Origin: Ptychomitrium polyphyllum
Taxonomy: Eukaryota
NCBI GenBank assembly: GCA_973851085.1
Contig: OZ316776.1
Span: 12,710,001 to 12,774,000 of the forward strand
Reading direction: 5' to 3'
Length of the DNA stretch: 64,000 nt
Shown: positions 27,271-39,298 of the stretch, piece after piece
Layout: every line of letters starts with the position of its first letter
Numbering within the stretch: the first letter of the stretch is position 1
Notes under the pieces: model-generated
Database searches by the model: none
What the model saw: the letters and a program-made list of their open reading frames with translations, nothing else
Told to the model about the DNA's origin: nothing
Program-made: the position numbers and the translations under genes

Positions 27271-28968
27271 CCAAATAACTTTAAAGCATTAAATTACTAT
27301 GACATTTTTTGATGCATTATATCATAGAACTTTGCTTGATAAATAATTAAGACCTTAAAAATTATTAAAATAATGTTGGAAGAAGTCTTGCACAATCTAC
27401 GAATTCCATTGTTACAACAAGGTCCTCTAGTTGCATAGAAAAGCTTATTACAAATTTGTATATAACACGCTCCAATCACTTATTACATGACCAATGTATC
27501 AACCTTGGTTTTACTACAAATTGTTACCATTTGGAAAATTACATCATTTGGATCATACCTTCACAATATCTCTAAGCATTTTTAGCAATTATTATTTATC
27601 ATATTCACAAGTCTATATTGATTTCATTCAACTCAAAATACAATATTGAAACGTCTTAAATCATGATAACTTAATTACAAAATGACGAAAAACTTAGGAT
27701 TTGTTTGAACCAAAAATCCTATGACCATATGACCTATAACTTGTATTCCAAATAATTTTAGTTACTACTTTAAACCACATACCATAAAAATTAATGAATC
27801 TACTTTTGCAAATTAAAATTTGTTTCAAGAGTAAATCAGTTGATTTGGTTTCAGTGGTCTGAAATAGACTTGGTACTGTAATAATTTTCTACCATGAAGA
27901 CAATGAATGCATGGTTATACTTTTTTTTATGGCAATATTGTTGTTGATGCACAAAATTGCCTTGGATGGACAACAAGGACATGGTTTGAAGATTGCAGGA
28001 TTACTGGATTGTAAGATTATATTTGAGCACTGAGGAGAAGTTCTGAAAGGCCATGGTCAAATGCCATCAACGTCATTCAAAAGCTGGGCAAACACATAAT
28101 CACAATACTACAATAACGTTGTTCAAAATAAATCAAGACCAAACTTTGGGATCAAAAGCCAATCAAAATGAAATAAATACTAGTTGGTTTAAATAGTACT
28201 TTCATCCTCCGGAAGGTTTTCATCCAGAGCAACCGAGCAGCATCCATTCGCAGGTTTGGAAAGAGCCGCGCTGGAATGATAAAGAAAGGGCGGGGGGAAA
28301 GAAATTCGGAGATGCTGGAAAAGCTTTGGCGGAGGGGCTGTCGACGCAAACGCCACAGACGCCAAGTTCCATCTCATCAACAGCCGCGGCGACGATGCAC
28401 GGGAATCACTGCAAGAATCACTACAAGAGGGTTGTTGGTTAGAATCACTAGCAGGTCGGCAGATGCCTCGCACTTCGATCCATGCTTTATTCGCAGTTTA
28501 GGTGAACAATCTGTTAATCTAGCAATCGCGCCTGAGTACTGACGGAGGCAGATTCTGCCTAGTTTGCAGCCTCAGTCGCGTGTCGGAGAGGGACTGTGAT
28601 CCCGTGGGAGTCGAAGTTGTCGCGAGTCACGAGTTGGACATGCATTTACAGAGGCCATCAAGCGCATGGGCATGCAGCTGTGAAGAAGTTTCAGTTTGGA
28701 GTTCATAGGGGTAAGGTGCGTTGTTTAGTCGTGGGGAAGCTCGTTGGAGTAATTTACTGTCGTGGTAGAACAGAACGGTTTTCAGTTTCGACGCGGCCCG
28801 CGTGGGGTTGTTTGAGTTCAAGGATAGGCTGGTTGCGAATGATTTTGGGGGGTTGAAAGAGGGAGTTGACCCCAGTGGCAGGTCATGTGTGAAGGATGAC
28901 GGGTAACGGGAGATTTGCGGGAGCCATTCGTTTATGAGATTGGTTAGGAGGTGAAGAGTTTGACGGAG

Positions 28969-31094
28969 ATGGCTGGTGTGACGTTTTGCTTGTCTTCGTC
29001 TCTGGGAGCATCCTCTTGCCTGTTGGATTTCGTTTCGAGACCAAGCTGGCGGAGCTTTGAAGTTTCTGCCTACCCTACGGCGTTGCGTGGTGCACACTGC
29101 TTCAGGAAGACGAATAGGGTAAACTCTAGGAAGACAAGTCTGTTTTCCAATTCAATTCGGAGGTCTTCCATTATTGCTGCAGCAGCAGAAGTACCTGATT
29201 TCCTGCCAGCAACTTGGTACTCAAATCTTTTCTTTGAGTCATCTCCAGTTCTTTAGTAAATACCAGCATTCTGTTTTTGCCTCCATACTTGCTGCTTCGG
29301 GTATCTATATGTGTACACAGTTTTCCTTGGCACTTGCCATGCCCTTGGGATCTTTATTTGTTCTGGAACGATACCCATACATTCAACCGGTGGTGCAGTT
29401 GGTTGTCATTTAATGGTATTGGTGTAAGAATGAGATGGTAACTGAGAAACACTTTTGGTGGATGTGCTCATATCTTTAATTTCCCCAACTGCTCATTGTG
29501 GGGACACGATTTTTGACCTAATTTATCTGAAACTGTGTCATGAATGGTGTAAAATACAATATCACTAGAGGTGTCTGTGAATGGATCTAGGATTGGACGC
29601 AAGCTGGCTGGTGCCAGTTCACATTCTAGGATTCATTTGCCTTGAAATCACACTGAACAATTGAGTACTTTTTCCCGGTGCTGAAAGATTGGAACGTATC
29701 AGAAAGGTTTGTGACTACATTGACCATTATTTTTTCATATCCTGCAGGGCGAAGCCTAACAAACCGATTGGGCCTACGTTTGATGTAATTTCTCTGATCC
29801 GCCTTATCATGTCAAGTTTTCTTTGAAGTTCATTGTGAGGCTTAGTTATAGAGGAGTCTATATCTATATTATTTCTCTCTTCCCGCTTCATTAATGGCCA
29901 TATCAGTTGTTTAGTTTCTTCAAAAGTGCCAGTTATTTGTCGTGTGCAGCATTTTAACCGGGAGATTATGTAGTTGACAGCTGAGCAGGTCACGCTTGTA
30001 CAACTAAATGCACTTCAGGACAATGACATCCCCTACGCGGACCACGGCGTGGAAGTCATGTACAGGGTATGGATTTCCCTTCTTTTTCGTGGGCTACCTG
30101 TTGTGTAAATCGTCAGGCAAGACAAGCCTAGTAGCTCTCTCTGGTATTTGAACCCGGGAGTTCCATATCATGCTCTTTGGAAGTTGAGCGACAAATCATT
30201 TGCTCTTCCTCGTTACTGGTTTAGAGCATGGAACAGAATGCGTTACCGAGGTATTCACATCGTCCTATGATGTATTCGGATGGAAATGACTTTCTCCGAA
30301 TCAACGAATGAGTTCCCTATATGATATACATCATTTAGCTGGCTGCAGTTTGCAGGTTTCGATCCGTTCAAGCGCTCCGAATATTTTGGTCCACCTTTTG
30401 ATTTAGGCCAGGTAAATGATCTTCCCGTGGTAACTGCTTTATATGAAGAAGCGCAATGAGTTAGGAAGTGTCTCCTCTGAAAGTCCTCGAATTTCCAGGA
30501 AGAATCTACTTATGTGTTTAGGCAAGTGTTGTAAATTTGACGCTGCCATGTGTTTTTGTGAACTAGTTCGAAAGGTTCAGGCGTATTCTCCACCATACCT
30601 CCTTCCGTGTCTTGTTAGGTCACACCGATCGTCGCATCTTGAGCAGCCTCTTCGTTAACGAGGTACTAACGTGTCGACCACCATAGTTTTGACGTCGTGT
30701 TGATCTAGGAATGCAAAAGGGTTCATTACGTATCTACATGGAACCTATTTGTTCATTTCCAGAAATTTACGTTGTCTTGGTTTCGGGGTGTTCTTGACAG
30801 CATTGCTTTAAGCAAAGAGTGTGGATAGTTGGGGCTCGACCAGGAGAAGAAGAGATATATGAATTTACTCTTGTTCAGGTATTTAAAAGTTTCAGTTACA
30901 AACTCAATTGATTTGGATTACTAAACTGCGTCTCTTATTTGCTTCTGAACGTCTTTCCATCTCGTGGTCCCACTTGATCAAATTTCAAGCTGTTAATTGT
31001 TCTACAGAGAGTTGGGGGCAACTGGGATGGTTACTGGCTCACTGAAAGCCTTCGACATGATGGCGAAGGCGCAAGTGGAGGTATTGCATATTGA
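28969..31094 (+). CDS. Plastid-targeted conserved protein of unknown function, about 7 exons
   Basis: Ser/Arg-rich transit-like exon 1 ending AAAEVPDFLPATW. Later exons read AKPNKPIGPTFD, LTAEQVTLVQLNALQDNDIPYADHGVEVMYR, FAGFDPFKRSEYFGPPFDLGQ, a HHTSFRVLLGH...SSLFVNE exon, ..KQRVWIVGARPGEEEIYEFTLVQ, and RVGGNWDGYWLTESLRHDGEGASGGIAY*. Stop at 31092-31094. Confidence 0.8.
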
Positions 31095-32055
31095 TGCATT
31101 AACGATTCATAGCCACCTGAACCTCTATGTAATAGTAGACAGATGCTTGCAAGAGAAGAAGAGCTCACATTTCTTCGTCAAGCGATATACATTATCGGAG
31201 GACATTTTTTGTGCTTGTTGTCTAGGAACGTGATTTTCCTAGGTGTAGCGATAGATTTGATTCCTACAAAATTTTACAGTGCCACTAGGCAAATGTAATA
31301 TTCATCTTTGACGTAACTTAGCATATGATCCCAATTGTACATTATATCTGGTCTGCTCTTTCTGCAACTCTCCTATTACATGCGATTGAGTTTTACTTTC
31401 AAAAAATTCTCTAGACTCTCAGTTGGCGCAGTGGAGTATCATCTATATCAGTTTATTTCATAAGCGCACTCTTAGCACACGGTGCAGTTAACCTACTCTC
31501 TGCGTTTACTGAATATGCTTTTGCTGGTTCCGTATCCTAGTTGAGCAAACAATACGGTAGATGTCAGATATATGTGCAACTACTACCTGAATGTCGTATT
31601 CCAAGTTCAACTGTAAGATTGCGACGTGCTTGACTTAAGCAAATCTCTGCAGAACTAGATTTCAGCGGTAAAACAAGAAAGGGCAGACAATCAGTCACTC
31701 ACAGATTCATTAAGCATGAATTTTAGTGGAAAGTATACGGTTCAGAAAGAAATGTCAATTATAATTTTTGTGACAAGACATATAGATACTACTATAGAGA
31801 ACCATGATGTAACACATAAAGAAACTCCGATCCAATGAACGCGGATACTTAGTTGATAACTTCAGAATGTATTGAATTGAGTGTAAGTATACAATGAGAA
31901 AGAAGATAATGATGAAGGCACGCTGCGATTCTAAAACTTGTACATGTTGTGCGGCAAAGCAAAAAGCAGATACCTCCAAACCCCAGGTCTACATTAAGCT
32001 CGACCATTTACCCTAATTGTGAGTGAAGGTGGCTCCAGCCAACCCAGAAGGAACG

Positions 32056-33021
32056 TTACACTGCCGTTGGTTCGCGCGTTTCCTTTTCCGGTTGTTCCTT
32101 CGGAGCTTCAATCTGCGGCCTCACGGCAGCGTCCTCGGACGGCATGTACCTCCTCTCCCTAAACTCCTTAATAGTCCAATTGGAGTTAATATTCGGCTTG
32201 GGCGGCTCGATGGCCTTCCCAATCGGTGCCACAAGGTCCGGGTTCCCGTCCCCGATCACAGCGTCCACAATCCCGTACTCCATCGCCTCCCACGAGTTTA
32301 GGAAATTATCCCGGTCCGTATCCGCCTCAATCTGCTGCTCGCTCTTCCCCGTCAACCGCGCCATAATCTTCTGCAACTTATACTTATGATACATCATCTC
32401 CCGGACCTGCAACGCCCCGTCAATCGCCGTCCCGCCCGCGCCTCCCAACGGCTGGTGAATCATCACCCGCGCGTTCGGCATACAATACCGCTTCCCCTTT
32501 GCCCCCGCTGCCAGCAGAAACGCCCCCATCGACGCCGCCAGGCCGAAACACACCGTCGACACATCCGCCTTGCACAGCTTCATGGCGTCGTATATCCCCA
32601 TCCCCGCCGTCACACTCCCCCCCGGCGAGTTTATGAACAACTTGATATCCTTCGTCGGGTCCTGAGCATCCAACAACAACATCTGGCTGATGATCACGTC
32701 CGCCGAGAAGTCGTCCACCTGCGTGCCCAGAAATAATATCCGCTGCTGCAACAACATCGTCGCGGGATCCAGATCCTGCAGCCGCGCGAACTGCTCTATC
32801 CCCCCCGGTGGCGCCCCGGGCCCCCGCGCCGAAACCCTAGGGTACGGGAAACCCTCCATGGACGATGCCCGCGTTGTCACCACCCTCCCCCTCCGGCATC
32901 CCAACAACGGCACCTGCTGAGGCTGACTCCCAACCTGCGCCCTCCCAGTGCCATTGCCATAGAGCGCCCACAGCGACGCCGGCACCCTGGCACCCAGAAA
33001 CAGAGCAGCGGGCGCACCCAT
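32056..33021 (-). CDS. CLPP3: Plastid ATP-dependent Clp protease proteolytic subunit, ClpP3-like, single exon
   Basis: Transit peptide followed by QRILFLG, FINSPGGSVTAGMGIYDAM, catalytic Ser (AASMGAFLL), His (MIHQPLG) and Asp (DTDRDNF). REMMYHK and the C-terminal G(N/K)P-L-API tail match the ClpP3 clade from memory. Confidence 0.93.
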   Translation of the reverse strand: MGAPAALFLGARVPASLWALYGNGTGRAQVGSQPQQVPLLGCRRGRVVTTRASSMEGFPYPRVSARGPGAPPGGIEQFARLQDLDPATMLLQQRILFLGTQVDDFSADVIISQMLLLDAQDPTKDIKLFINSPGGSVTAGMGIYDAMKLCKADVSTVCFGLAASMGAFLLAAGAKGKRYCMPNARVMIHQPLGGAGGTAIDGALQVREMMYHKYKLQKIMARLTGKSEQQIEADTDRDNFLNSWEAMEYGIVDAVIGDGNPDLVAPIGKAIEPPKPNINSNWTIKEFRERRYMPSEDAAVRPQIEAPKEQPEKETREPTAV

Positions 33022-35170
33022 GGCTCCCCAGCAGCAGCACAACACTGAAGCGCAGAAACCCTTGTGGATAAGAAGCTGCCCTAATTTAGGGACGCTGAGC
33101 TTCGCACGGCAATGGCACGCTTCTGTTGAAGGTTTCGTGAAGCGTTCTGGCTGCGCGAGGGCCTTCCCGTCGTGCCGTTCTCAGTTGATACCTACGTGAT
33201 ACTCGTGTTCTGCCGGGAGATACTTGTGAGGTTACCCGGACGGATGGTCACGGTTACTACGTGGAAGGCCATAGGAGAGTAGTGCAAGAGGACTGCGGTG
33301 GGGATAAGAAACTGTCGTCCTGATTCAGAGATGGAATGGCATTGGGAAGCGTCACCTGAAGCCTTCAGGCCTCCAGGATTTGCTTTCTGGATCCGGGATC
33401 CGTAATACCCCGTCGCGGCATGTGGAGCGAGCGTAACATGCCCTAGCGGTGCCTCTCCAGGGGAACGTTGATGCCACAGCCAGGGGAGCTCCGGAAACTT
33501 GGGCTTAATGCCAGGTTCTGACCTGTGTCTGCGGTGTATTGTAATATTAGGGCTGCTTTACATTGGACACTAGGGGCCAATTCAGGGCTCGATTTGAAAT
33601 CATTGAAAAATGGATCAATAGGATGGCTTGAACATTCGCATCAGGCCCACGGGCTTTCTATTAAGCACGCGTTCAAACAGCATCCATCCGACGTGGCGAC
33701 CTATGTGGCACAAATCAGGCTCCCAAAAATTGAACTCAAGCCTCTAGCTGGGGTCCTGGCGACCTCTTGGCTTGATTGCAAGAAGCTGGCTCAAAGCATA
33801 GAAATGGTTTAAATCTCTAATGGGTATAATCAATACAAAATTAGATACAGAGATATGGTTATTAGAATATTGTCATTCATAAGTCATATTTTTTACTTTT
33901 TGTGCAGCATATAAAGATCAGAGGAATTTTAAATTAACAACTTGTTGTATATCTTTAAAAGAACATGACTTGGCAACTTGTTCCACAACTTTGGATCTAC
34001 TTTTGAATTTATTTTGTAAAATCTAAAAGGTGTAGCTTTATTTAAAGACCTCTTCTCCATTTGATGCATGTTCATAAAGTTTATACATAAATTAATGTTG
34101 TAGGAAATTAAAACCTTAGCAAATAATCATTCTTGTATATTCCAAATATCCAAAAAAATTACATGGATATTGGTAGCTACATTGAGTTTACTACGGTTTG
34201 AATTATTTATTTACATAATTGGAAAAATGTCCCCAAGTACAAGAAGATTTTACTTGTTGATGTCACAATCTTAAAAGCAATGTTTTATTGGTGCATGTCA
34301 TTAACAAATAAAGCCATATGCTAAATTTGGTTTGAAAAAAAAAAGGTTTTTAAAAACTGTAGAGCAAAAATGAGATGAGACTTTATTCATTACAATGACG
34401 ATGAAAATGATAGTGATATAGATATGGCAAGCTTCCTTATACTAGATGTATTCTTATTGATCAACAATTTAAATTGTTTTCAATGTAATAGGTATAGGTT
34501 AAATTAGTGAAACTTTTAATTTTCTCCTATTAAATTTTATTGTAATTTAAATACGTTTTATGATTGCTTTTTCTTTATTAAATTGTTTAATTTTGTGAGG
34601 GAGGAAAATACGGATATAAATATGTATCCTTGTTTTAACCAAAGAAAGGGACCATGAAACCTAATTAACCACTCAATTAAGCTCATGACTTTACGCTTAA
34701 GAATGTCCAGTTTCACAATCCTAATCAAGCCCTTAATCCGACCCAAGGACATTAGATAAAACAGGTTCAGTTTGAAAAACGTGGGGCCAATTGGTGGCCT
34801 GATTATTGCAATAATATACCAGCCTCAATTTGGGCTTGGCCCCAATATAAAGTTGCCCTTACCTGCACTCACCCTCGTGCTTGCGTAGGTTATATCTTGC
34901 TTACACAGGCCATATTTACTATGACGATATGCAATCACAACTTTTACTGAACTCCAAGTTGTATTCCCATGGGAATTTTAACTTGCTTTCACATATCCAA
35001 GTTCTCCCTTGCAGTGACGTTGCAATCTATGCGAAAGAATACACAAAGCAACTTCAGAAAAGGATTTCCATAATAAAGTAAGGAACTTTTCTTCCACGGC
35101 GCAATGTAAAAGTAAAAGTTACCACTGCAGCAAACGGGAAGCAAGAGGCAGTACAGAAAGAAAGTGGCGG

Positions 35171-35256
35171 AAGAGAAAGATAGCAGCAGAAGAGAAAGAT
35201 AGCAACATAAGAGAAAGATAGCAACAGAAGAGAAAGATAGCAACATAAGAGAAAGA
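35171..35256 (+). repeat. 19-bp tandem repeat AAGAGAAAGATAGCAACA(T/G), about 4.5 copies, upstream of PAT1
   Basis: Units start at 35171, 35190, 35209 and 35228, plus a partial unit. Confidence 0.9.
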
Positions 35257-35469
35257 AAGAGAGAAGGTGGCGTCGCCGTCGTCGTCGTCGTGGCCACAAG
35301 AGCACTCACTCACAGGGGTTTGGCAAGAGTGAGGCGTGCACTCTTCGCAAGCTCGACGGATTTCTGCGACAAGATTGCGCCTTTGAACTTGAAACTGGAG
35401 TAGAGCTCCTTTCCCACGTGGATCTTTGGTCTTCTCGTTGTTGCGTTTCTGATTTTGGTGGTAGGAGCG

Positions 35470-38400
35470 ATGGAGGCGTCTGCTACTTTGTTCCTGGGCT
35501 CCAAGCTGCCGACGTCGCTGTGGGCGCCCAATGCAAAGTCTTCCGGGCTGGGGAGGGTGCAACAGGCTGGGAAGCATCAGCAATTGCAAGCATGGGGGAA
35601 GCGGAGCAGCAAGGGGAGGGTGGTGGTGGCCAGAGCTGGAGTGAGCGTGCAGTCTCCAAGAATGGCATTATCTACAAGTGAGGTCGGTTGGCTTGACCAA
35701 CTAGTATTTATGTTGAAATCGAAAAGACAGTTGTTTTTACTGCTTGCTTTGCTGTGCATTTGAAATTCTCCATTGTGTTGGTTCACGTTGTGACATCCTA
35801 GAGAAATGTCATGAATCTACAGTGGTAATATTAGGTCTTAATTTAAGTGCTAGAGTTTATTTAAGATGCGCGTTGAAATAGCGTGTCAATGTGGACATCT
35901 CATTTCCTTTCTTGAAAATAATCAGCATGGTAGAGCATTTTCGTTGATTTGAATGTTTCGTGTATATCTTCGTTGGGATTGGAGTGACCGAAGTTGTTGA
36001 CAGTTATCATTTTTGAAAGGAAATGTTGAAACCCTCTATATCTTGGTGAAAAAAGCCATTCATCAGAGATTCGCTCATTGCAGAAGAAATAGAATTTTTG
36101 TACCTGCGAAGCCACTGCCGCCTTCCACTATATATTAAGGCACAGTTGTAAGTACTTGGTATCAGGGTTGCGATGATTTTATAGGAGACTTACTGCTAAA
36201 TATATTAAAATGTCGGTGTGGTGTTTTCATCGCATGATCTGGCATATTCTTGTGAGAGGTTAATTTAAGTAAACTCTCTGATCATGGGATTTTATGTACT
36301 GATGTTCAGTCTTGGCATGTTGTCAAGCACTTTCAACCTTTCAGGTTCTTATGGTTATAGTCTCGTTATCATGCATGGCTGAGAAAAACCATTTTGACAT
36401 CGTTTGCTACAGTTTAATGCATGAGTCTCAACTGAATCTGTGATGTAAACCTCACGACCATACACTTGAAGTCTTGCTTGACCTCCGAGACTAGCAAAAG
36501 ATTTCATGAGGTCTGCACGCATAGTAGTAGCTGATAATCTGATTTTGAGATTTGTTGATTGGTGGGCTTTGTACAGGTTTTAGAGGAGCTTATTCGGGGG
36601 ACAGACTTGACTCAAGCTCAAACGGAAGGAGTGATGGAGAGTCTCCTTTCTGATTCCAACCCTGCAGTTATTGGGGCTTTTCTGGCGCTTCTACGAGCCA
36701 AGGGTGAGACATTAGATGAGGTATTAGTTCCGCTTGATACCATGCTCAATTATTGTTTGGCTGGCTTTGAACAGACCAAGAAAGAAATGATGTTGAGTTC
36801 TTTTCTTGATATCACTGGCATGTATGCAGGTTACAGGGCTTGCGAGTGCAATGCTAAAGCGTGCGGTACCGGTGCGAACTGTTCCAGGATCTCTGGATAT
36901 AGTGGGCACTGGAGGCGATGGAGCAAACACCGTAAATATTTCCACAGGGTCCTGTATCCTCGCAGCAGCTTGTGGGGCGAAAGTTGCCAAGGTTAATATG
37001 GCCACAGCCTCTCCACGATAGGCGCTCCATTGCTTTTGGCGATCTTTTGGTTTTGTTCACTGATGATCTTAAGATGCATTTGCTGTTTTTGTGGTCGACC
37101 AGTATTGGTATACGTTATGATTTATTTAAAATTGTGAATTCTGATGTGCTGTCTTTATGGTGGCAGCATGGATCGCGGTCAAGCTCTTCAGCTTGTGGAA
37201 GTGCAGATGTGCTCGAGACCCTTGGTGTTGCTGTCGATCTAGGGCCTGAGGTAAGCTTTGCGTGTACGCTGTTCTTGTAATTTCCAGATTCAGTTTGTTT
37301 GTTTGCGCGACCAGGTTCAAGGACTATTGGTACATTAAACTTATCTTCGTCTTCATTGTTTATCAGTACTTTAACGTGAGTTTCGTACCAGTAGATTTAA
37401 GCATGTCCTCTAGTTGTACTGTGCATATTTTTGTTTGTGTCTACTATCTCCACACCTGCTCTACCTTTTGCTTATGGTTATACTAATTTACTTAATTTTG
37501 AGGATGTTTCACTGTGAATTTTATTTGGTGTATAGGGAGTGACAAAGTGTGTAGAAGATGTTGGAGTTGGGTTTATGTTTGCTCCAAGATACCATCCAGC
37601 GATGGCAAATGTGGCGCCTGTTCGGAAGGCCCTTAAAATCAAGACAGCTTTCAACATTCTTGGCCCGATGCTTAACCCGTCTCGTGCACCACACTCCATT
37701 GTTGGCGTTTATGGCGAAAATTTGGTCAGTCTTACAGTTGCTTACAGCCTTCTGATTTTACAAATAGGACCAATCATTCAGGTTATGCTTAGGAGCCTAT
37801 GTCTTTCGGCTATGGATCGACCTATTGAATCACTTTTGATGAATTTGACCATTTCATGTCTCTCCTTCTTAAACTTGATTTTGCTCTGCGTTTGAAGTAG
37901 CATGATGCTCCCTGGTCTGATATGGTTCCCATGATGAAGTAGGTGCAAAGAATGGCTAAGATTATGCAACATTTTGGCACAAAACGCACACTGGTAGTTC
38001 ATTGTGAGGGGTTGGATGAAATGAGCCCACTTGGTACACTTCTGTCGCTAAGTTCTTTTCGAATTGTAATTATCTTTCTTGTTGCGTTTCTTCCATTTCG
38101 TGTTGCGCATGTCGTCATAGATGTTGGATACATCTGAATATGAATATGAATAGCAAATATGGTCAGAGTCTTGCACGTGGTGTAATGGCACTGGTAATTG
38201 CTGGAAGCTGGTTACTGATGTGATAGTGGGATCTATCGTTGTGTACATGAAAAGGCGGGGGACGCGTTCTGGAGGTGACACGCGAAAGGATTCAAAGTTT
38301 TGTGTTTGATCCGTGTACTGCCGTCGATCCCTATTATCATCGTTTCAATTTCTAACTGTTTCTGCAATCACCAGAGGATTTTTAGTTGATATTTCACAGG

Positions 38401-39298
38401 CTTAAATCTGGAGGAAGGGTGCCTAATAATATGTCAAAACCCTGTTACTTGATTGGGTATCGCGAGTTAAGACTATCAGTTATCGATTTATGGTTCTTGC
38501 GTTATTGCGCAGTGGATTTTGGAATACCTAGATGCACACTGGAAGATCTGAAAGGTGGAGACGCCGATTTTAATGCCAAGGCTTTGAGGGACGTCCTCGC
38601 TGGTCAACAAGGGGCCATAGCTGATTCTTTGGTGAGTACTGTCGTTCTTGAGCGAAAATTGCTGTGATAGTGTGGGAATTCATATACAAAGTCCTCTTCA
38701 TTCATGTAGTTAATTCTGGATTCGTGTAATCACTCAAGATATTTTGAAGAGTTCTGAATATGCACGAAGTTACTGGCCGATATTGACGTAGAACTTGGTA
38801 AGTTTGTCTCGATTCACGCCGACCTCAAAAGGGTTCGTCTATAATTTGGTGAGTTGTTGATCATGATCGACAAATGGTTCAGTAAACCTTGTTGAAAACG
38901 TTCCAGATTTTGAATGCTGGAGCTGGACTTATGGCTTGCGGACTAGTTAAAGATTTAGGCGAGGGTGTTTCTCTGGCACGAGGTGTACAACGATCAGGCA
39001 ACGCTAACACCGTGCTTAATGACTGGATAAAGCTCTCTCAAGTAAGAGTCACCAGCCTCATCAAGTCTTTAACTGCTTTAGTATCCGTGTTTTGCATTTT
39101 CAGTATGTTGCCCTTACTGGTGAAGGACATGTTTGCTGATTATCAAATTTTGGAAACCTATTAATGTCTAGCTCCTTGGGTCAGGCTTTCATCAAAAATC
39201 TTGAACCCCTTCTTTTTCCTTGCTTCGGTTTTGTAGAATGAAACTTATGATACTGTTGTTTTGTCCAGAAATTGAAAGCAGAAGAATCACTGGAGTGA
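35470..39298 (+). CDS. PAT1: Anthranilate phosphoribosyltransferase (TrpD), plastid-targeted, about 10 exons
   Basis: Transit peptide, then [88 protein letters not shown] and LNAGAGL. Last exon KLKAEESLE* at 39269-39298. Confidence 0.96.

Noticed and set aside
27297..27620. Faint hAT-transposase-like wording on the minus strand (VKPRLIHW...LERV...LEDLVVTMEF)
   Set aside because: Multiple stops, very weak resemblance and no TIRs. Not supportable without a profile search.
34989..35309. Hydrophobic Leu/Ser/Phe-rich ORFs resembling membrane proteins
   Set aside because: Translation artefact of the 19-bp purine-rich tandem repeat read on the minus strand.
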